From positions 3,428,760-3,460,759 of the forward strand of contig NZ_FO704550.1 in NCBI RefSeq assembly GCF_000968195.1: a stretch of DNA of 32,000 nt, given 5' to 3'. Source of the DNA: Xenorhabdus doucetiae (GTDB lineage: Bacteria; Pseudomonadota; Gammaproteobacteria; Enterobacterales; Enterobacteriaceae). Position 1 is the first letter of the stretch. Every line of letters starts with the position of its first letter. The notes below the pieces were generated by a model. The model did no database searches and was not told the origin of the DNA. It saw only the letters and a list, made by a program, of their open reading frames with translations. Below are positions 8,729 through 15,344 of the stretch, piece by piece. The position numbers and the translations under genes are program-made.

Positions 8729-9471
8729 TTTTTCATCCCTATTTTTGTTTGGTATAAATATTCAACTTCGAGATCTTCCTCTTCTTTTGAATTTATCGTA
8801 TCCGTGATGCCTGTCTCTTTCGAAATGCCTTTTTTCAGTCCCTTCGCCGTATTTATACCATAAGCAACATGGCAACAATTATCCCCAGTAACCTCATTTT
8901 TCAGCGTAAATTTTTTGCTAAATAAAGCCTCTATTGCTGTCTCAAGTGGCTTAATTAACGACGAAAATCCAGACAAAAGCGGCCTTTCCTCTTCACGCCC
9001 CTGTAATTGCGATATTGCGTAACCCGTTGTCCCTGCCGCGCGATGCGTGAATGACATCGACTTATAATCAAGCTGCACCGTTTCATACGGGATCTGATCG
9101 TTGTCATCAATGGAGTGCGGATAATGACAGGAAAAATCAACAATGGTTGCGCCTGTCAATTTAATTTCATAAAAAAATTCCAATTGCCCGGCAAGGTTTA
9201 CGCGGTAACACTTAAAAAGGGCATCCAGCAACTCGTTCTTGTCTATTGCTAACCCCAACAACGGGGAGGATTTATCAATGGGTTTGGTAAAGCTGACCGG
9301 AAGGTGATTGACGTTCTGATCGCGTGTCATCATGTGGCTGAGGTGCAATACCTGTATTTCATCTTCCCGCCCGGCCTGATAGCGGTTGCCGATAGATTCG
9401 GGGGTTGAACAGCCCGCCGAGATTAAGCCTTGTTTCTTGCCCTTTAATGACAAGTAAATGAGATATGACAT
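8725..9471 (-). CDS. hcp: Hcp/TssD-family (T6SS tube) protein with ~85-aa C-terminal extension
   Basis: MSYLIYLSLKGKKQGLISAGCSTPESIGNRYQAGREDEIQVL...FTKPIDKSSPLL...YEIKLTGATIV...AAGTTGYA matches the Hcp family pattern (IYLxLxGxxQGLISxG..SIGN..HEDEI). Residues ~161-248 are unassigned. An AGGAG Shine-Dalgarno (SD) motif lies at 9482..9478. Confidence 0.8.
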   Translation of the reverse strand: MSYLIYLSLKGKKQGLISAGCSTPESIGNRYQAGREDEIQVLHLSHMMTRDQNVNHLPVSFTKPIDKSSPLLGLAIDKNELLDALFKCYRVNLAGQLEFFYEIKLTGATIVDFSCHYPHSIDDNDQIPYETVQLDYKSMSFTHRAAGTTGYAISQLQGREEERPLLSGFSSLIKPLETAIEALFSKKFTLKNEVTGDNCCHVAYGINTAKGLKKGISKETGITDTINSKEEEDLEVEYLYQTKIGMKK

Positions 9472-9750
9472 TCCTGTCTCCTGTAATCTAATTTTCGATG
9501 GATGCTCATTACAGCATCAATTAAACAGGATATAACAGTAATGCCTATCTATTCCAGCATGAATAAAAGATCGCCAGAAAAATTGTGATTAACCTCTCTG
9601 CTTAAATAAAATCAGATAATTACCTAATTTAAATTTCAGATAGTACCCTAATAAAAAAACAAATTGATGCACTAAATTTATCTTCTTAGATTCCTCCGGC
9701 TTTTATTTGCCTGCCAGAAGATACCCCCTGAAAATCTTTTTGTCCCTCTC

Positions 9751-9968
9751 AACTGTACACCCTGTGCATTTTCCCTTGAATGCCTTGTCCTGCCTGAGTT
9801 TGTGACGGTGTACATGATATACACCAACTGTGCACGACTGTTCACCCCGACAAAAAATAACAAGTGAATAGGGTGTATAGTTGGTGTACAGTTAAAAGAT
9901 AACTATACACCTTATTTTTACCTTTAATATCATATAATTATTCTAATTTATGTATAGGGTGTACAGTT
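9751..9968. repeat. Iteron array, probable satellite origin of replication
   Basis: There are nine copies of TGT(A/T)CACC-like octamers in both orientations:
- TGTACACC at 9754..9761
- GGTGTACA at 9807..9814
- TATACACC at 9818..9825
- TGTGCACG at 9829..9836
- TGTTCACC at 9839..9846
- GGTGTATA at 9872..9879
- GGTGTACA at 9883..9890
- TATACACC at 9904..9911
- GGTGTACA at 9958..9965

Several extend to AACTRTACACC. The array lies directly downstream of the primase-helicase stop at 9993. Confidence 0.75.
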
Positions 9969-9992
9969 AACACCAAAAGTTTATCTGGGGGG

Positions 9993-12417
9993 TTAACCTC
10001 TGCGCAGTTCAGGCACTGCCGGAAGCCATTCTTCGGCCTCTTCGGATAACGCCACGTTATACGAATAACCTTGCTTTGTCCTGACTTTTCGATAGTCCTT
10101 CCGGTATTCCTGCATAATCTTGGGGATTGAATCACCAAATTTTGTCAGGGTTAACGGCCGTTCAAATCCGTGCGCTTCCATAAAAGACAAATAAGCATGA
10201 TAAAGATAAATACGCGGTACCCGTGGGCTGATATTTTTATTCCCCATCTTCATCCCGGCAATATTATCCACGGACACCAGATAACCACAAAAGCGATATA
10301 AGGGATCTGAATGGCATTTCACTGATAACGCTTCGCTGGAATCCCGTTGTGCCTGTAGTAATTTTTTGGCCTTATTCTGGTCGGCAAATTTGGTTAATAA
10401 ATGGCGAATAATTATCGGTAGTTCCCGGCTGATTTTCTCCGGCAATTGTGGATCTTTTTCTGATTCCTTGACCGGAATATTAAACGGGAATATCACCCGC
10501 CGCCGTGCAATACCGCCATTGCGCTCGGTAAAGCTCATCGGTTCGTTATTGGTGGCTAATACCACGGCTTTAATAATCGTGGAAAACTGTTTTTCATATT
10601 TCCCGTCAACTTCAATCAGGTCACCGCCTGTAATGGCTTTAATGCCCGCCCCCTCACCGACATATTTAACTTGGTCTGGCAGCGTAATCAGGCTTTTCCC
10701 AACAAATTGATAACGGCCTCTCGCTTCATCCAGCGCTTTCATATTGCCACTGGCGGTATTGTGTTCACCCGCTAATAACGTCGCGATATAAGTAAATACA
10801 CTCTTGCCGCTGCCACCTTCGCCCGTGACTTCAATAAATAACTGCCAGTCATAACGGTTTGCCAGGATCATAAACAAGGCGGCATTAATACGCGCCATTT
10901 TATCTTTATCTTGTCCTGCCGCATGAGACATCCAGCGATAAAAATAAGGCGCATGAGCCTGTAAGTTTTCATCGATAGCGGGCTGGGTAAATTCAATGCC
11001 GTTATGGTTCATTAGCCAATGTGCCGGCTGATGTGGCCTGAATACCTGTTCTGACAAGTCATACACACCGTTATTAAACCCAATTAAATCCTGCCGTCGT
11101 TCACCAATAACCGGAATTTGTAATTTCATGGCACTGATAGCATTGTTGATCCCATTCGGGCTATAAGGGGTTTCATGCTGATTAAAGATTGCCACCATTG
11201 CGCGGAGCAGTTCACTGTCCGGCACCGTCTCCCATGTTGCGCCATTATAGCGATAGACCATCTCACTTTCAGGATTGACCGCCATTTTGCCGTAATATTC
11301 AGCAAGCAGTTCCCCGCGTTGACTGGCGGCCATTTGTGCCAGATGGGGACTTTTTTTCTTATTTTCGTGGATCACGGCTACTTCTGCGTTCACTGCCTTT
11401 TTCTCCCCCACCTGATATAGCCCGTGACTGAATGCTTTTTTTGCGGCTTCAATGCCGTGGCGCTGGCGATAATCATCCCAATCGGCTTTATACTCTGTCG
11501 GGGGTAGCGTTACCCAGCCATTAATCGCCTTGGCGGTCTTCTCTGCCGCTATCTTGCCGACGTTCTTCTTGGGTTTGCCGTTTTTGTCCAGCGCTCCCGG
11601 TTCGTGCCAATCATTATCGGCCGCAAGAATGATCTTCGCGTCTGGCCACCGTTCTCTGACCTGTTCGGCCACGTTAGGTAAGTTCCCTTCATCAAGCGCT
11701 GCCAGTACTACGCCATCATGTAACTGACTGACCGTTAAGGCTGTTGCGTAGCCCTCTGTAATGATGAGCGTGTCCGGTGTGCCGGTTATCTCAGATACGG
11801 GGATAACACTGCCCTTTTTCTGTGAGCCTGCAACAAGGCGCTTTTCACCATTGGGCTTGATGGTTGCGCACCCGTGATAGGCCGTTCAGGGTTTGGGTGA
11901 TCAGTAATAAAATCCCCTCTTTCAATAACCGTTGTTTGGGGCATTGCAGCCCCTTTTTCGCCAGATAGCCGGATTGCCCAAGCGTGGCTTGAGACAAGAG
12001 CCTGTTCACTTTCTCGATTATTGAGGGAGCCTCTGATTTTGGAGATTCCTTTCTGGCGGGCTTGGATTCCGGTAAGGGCAGAGCCAGCGCACCCGAAACT
12101 AACTTAGCGGCTGCAAAGACAGTGATCCCTTTAACCCTTGCCACTAAATCCAGCCCGTCGCCATGATTCGGCTCATCACACTGGCGACAATGCCAGTCGC
12201 CGTTATGGTGATCGTCGATGAAGTGAAAGCGGTCAGTTCCCCCGCATATCGGACAAGCGCCATGCTTCCCCTTTGCCGGAACCTCAACACCACAGGCGGG
12301 CAACAGGCTTTGCCAATGATTCATGGCGGATTTTTTTACCGTATGGATAATGTCTATTGGGCGGATTTCTTCATTGTTTTTACGGCTGTTATATCCATAT
12401 GCAGATGATTGACTCAT
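9993..12417 (-). pseudogene. P4-alpha-type primase-helicase (zinc ribbon + TOPRIM + D5_N + P-loop helicase), frame interrupted
   Basis: ORF 12417..11845 carries the primase zinc ribbon (CPICGG...HCRQC). The downstream frame is open from 11885 and reads ...IITEGYATALTV...ILAADND (TOPRIM), then ...FNNGVYDL... and GEGGSGKS (Walker A). The two frames overlap at 11845..11885 and differ by +1. Confidence 0.85.
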
Positions 12418-12420
12418 GGC

Positions 12421-12780
12421 TTATTCCTCATACACAGCCGCTTGAAGCGCATGGTAGACTTCCTGATTGATATCACAGGCCAACGCAATCAGGTTATTTA
12501 AATCAATGGAACATTCAGACTTGGCTTTTTCAAGAATGACGTAAAATAAGGAGGCCGCCAGCCTTGTATTGTGCATGGCTTGATCCAGTGATATCGGCGC
12601 TCTGCGCTCGTACACGCTGACGATTTCAGTATCAACGGTTTCATTATCTGGCATACAAATATCGCGAATATTTTTGGCGGCTTTCTCCGCGCCGCGTAAT
12701 GTCTTGTATTTGTAGCGGACAGTTTCTTTTTTTATCTCGCCTGTATGCTGATTTGTTGTAGTGACAATGATCTTAAACAT
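12421..12780 (-). CDS. Hypothetical 119-aa protein, first long gene of the leftward replication operon
   Basis: It is a clean ORF lying 3 nt upstream of the primase start. I recognise no family. Confidence 0.55.
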   Translation of the reverse strand: MFKIIVTTTNQHTGEIKKETVRYKYKTLRGAEKAAKNIRDICMPDNETVDTEIVSVYERRAPISLDQAMHNTRLAASLFYVILEKAKSECSIDLNNLIALACDINQEVYHALQAAVYEE

Positions 12781-12888
12781 GGCTTACCCCCTGAACGGAG
12801 ATAAGGCGCACTGGATGAAGATCTGTTAGTCGTTGATTACTTGCCACAATTAGGCATGTAAATTTAGGGCGAGTTTGGTTAGACTGTG

Positions 12889-13070
12889 TGTCAGCCATGG
12901 CATTAGCTCCGATAATGTTGTGGTTAGACGCCTCGATAGTGTTGCTGCACTTCGGGGCGTTGTTGTTTTTATTCACTGAATAGCTCAAGGTGTCAGCCAC
13001 TATCGTATTTTTAAGTGTCAGCCACGTCAATTCTTTTTTATGAATATTTTTTGCGTATACTGTCAGCCAC
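12889..13070 (+). promoter_or_regulatory. Four direct copies of TGTCAGCCA in the divergent control region
   Basis: TGTCAGCCA occurs at 12889..12897, 12992..13000, 13017..13025 and 13062..13070; the first three copies are preceded by G (GTGTCAGCCA), the fourth by C. The last copy overlaps a TATACT -10-like hexamer (13057..13062) just upstream of the RHH gene. Confidence 0.55.
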
Positions 13071-13079
13071 CAACTACTA

Positions 13080-13271
13080 ATGGATACAGATATGGCTACG
13101 AAAGCAGTAAACGCAAAATCAAAAAAGTTAGAAGCCCGTGTACCACATGAGCTTGTTGATTCAATGGAAAAATTTAAAGAAGAAGGCGAAAGCACCGCGC
13201 AATTCATCATTTCTGCTATGTCAGGCGAAATCAAACGCCGCCAGCGTAAAACTAAAGCATCATCTGAATAA
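13080..13271 (+). CDS. Small ribbon-helix-helix (CopG/Arc-like) DNA-binding protein
   Basis: In the 63-aa product, KKLEARVPHELVDSMEKFKEEGESTAQFIISAMSGEIKRR fits a strand-helix-helix pattern. It is the only plus-strand gene in the island, and a terminator hairpin follows 10 nt after its stop. There is no good SD, so confidence is moderate. Confidence 0.5.
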   Translation: MDTDMATKAVNAKSKKLEARVPHELVDSMEKFKEEGESTAQFIISAMSGEIKRRQRKTKASSE

Positions 13272-13280
13272 TAATCAACT

Positions 13281-13306
13281 AACCCTCTTAAAGAGGGTTG
13301 TTTCTC
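13281..13306 (+). terminator. Rho-independent terminator after the RHH gene
   Basis: aaccctctt-a-aagagggtt is a perfect 9-bp inverted repeat and is followed by gtttctc. Confidence 0.6.
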
Positions 13307-13447
13307 AAATTGATGGTTACTTAATTTCAAATAATTTCTATCGTTAATATCTACCATCATATCCCTTTATGCCAAAAATCAGGCTATTTTTAGAGTGAGC
13401 CTGACCACTGCTAATTAAGGCAGTTAATTTTTCCATGATGTTATTTT

Positions 13448-13732
13448 TTAATTGGTAGGTTTGCGGCTATACGGATTATTTATATTTTCTACGATTGGCG
13501 GATTATGTACCCAGTGCAACAAATCACTGAGCAACCAAGCACAAGAATTGCGGCCTAATGGCTTACGGGCGGGGAAGCGCCCTTCATTTTCCAATTTCCA
13601 TGCTGACGTTCTGGAAATAGAGGTAATGTGATGGCGTTCCTTTTCGCGGACAAGGCGATCATAAGGTTCGCCATAGTCGGAAAGGATAGAACGGCGTTCT
13701 TCTGGTGTAGGAGAATTATACTGAATGGTCAT
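13448..13732 (-). CDS. alpA: AlpA-family transcriptional regulator / excisionase-like protein
   Basis: ...LVREKERHHITSISRTSAWKLENEGRFPARKPLGRNSCAWLLSDLLHWV... is the AlpA helix-turn-helix signature. The gene lies immediately downstream of the integrase, as in Gram-negative PICIs. Confidence 0.8.
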   Translation of the reverse strand: MTIQYNSPTPEERRSILSDYGEPYDRLVREKERHHITSISRTSAWKLENEGRFPARKPLGRNSCAWLLSDLLHWVHNPPIVENINNPYSRKPTN

Positions 13733-13859
13733 GTTACCCTCACTGTTTAGTTGTTTTTGTGAGGATATTTTACTTAATAGAAATTCTTACGAAAGCAAGC
13801 CACATTTGTTACGTACATATCACAATTATGATGTTCATCATCAAATTCATTAATTCCCA

Positions 13860-15077
13860 TTATTGAACTGCTTTTAATATAACCACATTCTCATAATTAC
13901 CCGCCAATACATCCAGTCGCTCGCACCATTTGTTTAAAGCGTCTAACTTCTCTGGCAAGTATTGGCTCTTGTTATATATAGCCATAATGCCCGGTAAGGC
14001 ATGGCCTAGAAGCTGTTCTACGATATGTGGCGCTATGCCCATGTCATTTAATTTAGTTGCAAACGTTCGCCTTAAGTCATGCAAAGACCATTCCTCGTCA
14101 TGCTCTAATTTTTTCCATATTTTTCTGCCATATTGGGCGACTGCTTCAAGTTTTTTAAATTCTCCTAAGAGGTAACCACTTTTATTGTTTTGATAAACAA
14201 GGTTTTCTAAGAAAGCTTTCATATATTCCGGTATTGGACGAATAATTTTCTCACCTGTCTTGCTATTTTCTTTTGGAACAGTCCATAACATAGAATTAAA
14301 ATTCCATTCTAAACATTTCGACAACCTGATTTCTCGTGTCCGACAACCAAATACAACCAATATTTTCAATAAATTATTATAATAAGGTAGGTAGATACCT
14401 GTATTTATGGATTCCCATAATTGACCAAGTTCATTATCTTCTAAATACCGATGACCTTTATTCTGTTTTTTTCCAACATCCTGAATAGTTAAATCATCCA
14501 ATACATGGCTGATCGCATACCTTCTGACTCGGCAAAATTTTAGAGCTTGCTTGCACAATTGAAATACAGAACCAGCAGCCACTGGAGCTTTCTTTTTCAT
14601 TCCATCAAAGCATTGCAGCCAATATATTGTTTCACAGTCAGACAATGCCATTTCACCAATATAAGGATAAATATGTTTCTCTAATTGAAGAATGAGGGTA
14701 TCGATATTCACTCGATTCTCTCTACCGTAGTGCTCTATCCAATATTCGATAGCATCTTTTACGGTGACTGGTTTTAATGATTCCTGCATCACCAAGTTAA
14801 ATTGGAGCTTTGGATCTTTACCGGACGCCAACCAGTTACGGCATTTGTCCCGTGTTTCACGAGCTTGTTTGAGGGGCATATCAGGATAGCGCCCAATGGT
14901 AAGGCGGTTTAACTTTTTACCATCAAGTCGATAAGTAAAAACCCAGCTAATACCTCCTGCTTTAGATGCTTTGGCACTCAACCCAGCACCATCAGCAAAA
15001 AACTCAATATTATCCCTTTCTTTTCCGTGCAAATTTTTAAGTTTTTTGTCACTGAGCTTGTTTAGTTCGGCAGCCAT
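13860..15077 (-). CDS. int: P4-type tyrosine integrase
   Basis: There is an N-terminal arm-binding (DUF4102-like) domain: ...FFADGAGLSAKASKAGGISWVFTYRLDGK...LTIGRYPDMPLKQARE.... The C-terminal catalytic region reads ...HDLRRTF...LLGHA...AIYNKS. The ORF opens with a GTG at 15083, but the ATG at 15077 is more likely. Confidence 0.9.
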   Translation of the reverse strand: MAAELNKLSDKKLKNLHGKERDNIEFFADGAGLSAKASKAGGISWVFTYRLDGKKLNRLTIGRYPDMPLKQARETRDKCRNWLASGKDPKLQFNLVMQESLKPVTVKDAIEYWIEHYGRENRVNIDTLILQLEKHIYPYIGEMALSDCETIYWLQCFDGMKKKAPVAAGSVFQLCKQALKFCRVRRYAISHVLDDLTIQDVGKKQNKGHRYLEDNELGQLWESINTGIYLPYYNNLLKILVVFGCRTREIRLSKCLEWNFNSMLWTVPKENSKTGEKIIRPIPEYMKAFLENLVYQNNKSGYLLGEFKKLEAVAQYGRKIWKKLEHDEEWSLHDLRRTFATKLNDMGIAPHIVEQLLGHALPGIMAIYNKSQYLPEKLDALNKWCERLDVLAGNYENVVILKAVQ

Positions 15078-15231
15078 GATCACTCAAAATATTTATACAA
15101 ATGTTTATACACAGTGTGCCGTAACAATGAGGAAACGTCAATAAACACTGGAACAATACACAGTTGAATGTATTACTAACAGATTGATTTTTAGATTAAA
15201 ATAAAAATCATGGACAAACTTCAAAACACAA

Positions 15232-15252
15232 AGTAAATATATATAGTCTGCA
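15232..15252. repeat. attR-side direct repeat agtaaAtatatatagtctgca
   Basis: It is the partner of 101..121. It lies 155 bp from the integrase start and 93 bp upstream of the qor ATG. Confidence 0.8.
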
Positions 15253-15344
15253 ATGATTTCCGACACATTAACGCTATTTGCAGCGATTGCAATGCAAACA
15301 TGCGAGGCTGTTCCCAATATTTTTAATATAATGAGAGGGTTACT

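Larger units (their letters stand above)
101..15252 (-). mobile_element. Integrated phage satellite, capsid-forming PICI-like (integrase, AlpA, P4-alpha-type primase-helicase, iteron origin, cargo cassette, HK97-type head and packaging module; no tail or lysis genes)
   Basis: It is bounded by a 21-bp direct repeat (101..121 and 15232..15252, 20/21 identical). The integrase abuts the right repeat. The flanks (dnaB, qor) are adjacent genes in E. coli. Gene content is listed in the individual features. Confidence 0.85.

Noticed and set aside
9751-9968. Clustered short repeats considered as a possible CRISPR array.
   Set aside because: The repeats are only 8-11 bp, occur in both orientations and have irregular spacing. 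That is an iteron pattern, not a CRISPR pattern.
9678-10138. 61-aa and 66-aa minus-strand ORFs (9678..9863, 9938..10138).
   Set aside because: The first lies across the iteron array. The second is an alternative frame overlapping the 3' end of the primase-helicase. Neither has an SD or any family resemblance.
12773-13360. A 195-aa minus-strand ORF spanning the control region.
   Set aside because: It runs through the repeat-containing intergenic region, the RHH gene and its terminator. The translation is compositionally odd with no recognisable domain. At most its last 41 codons (12898..12773) might form a leader peptide.
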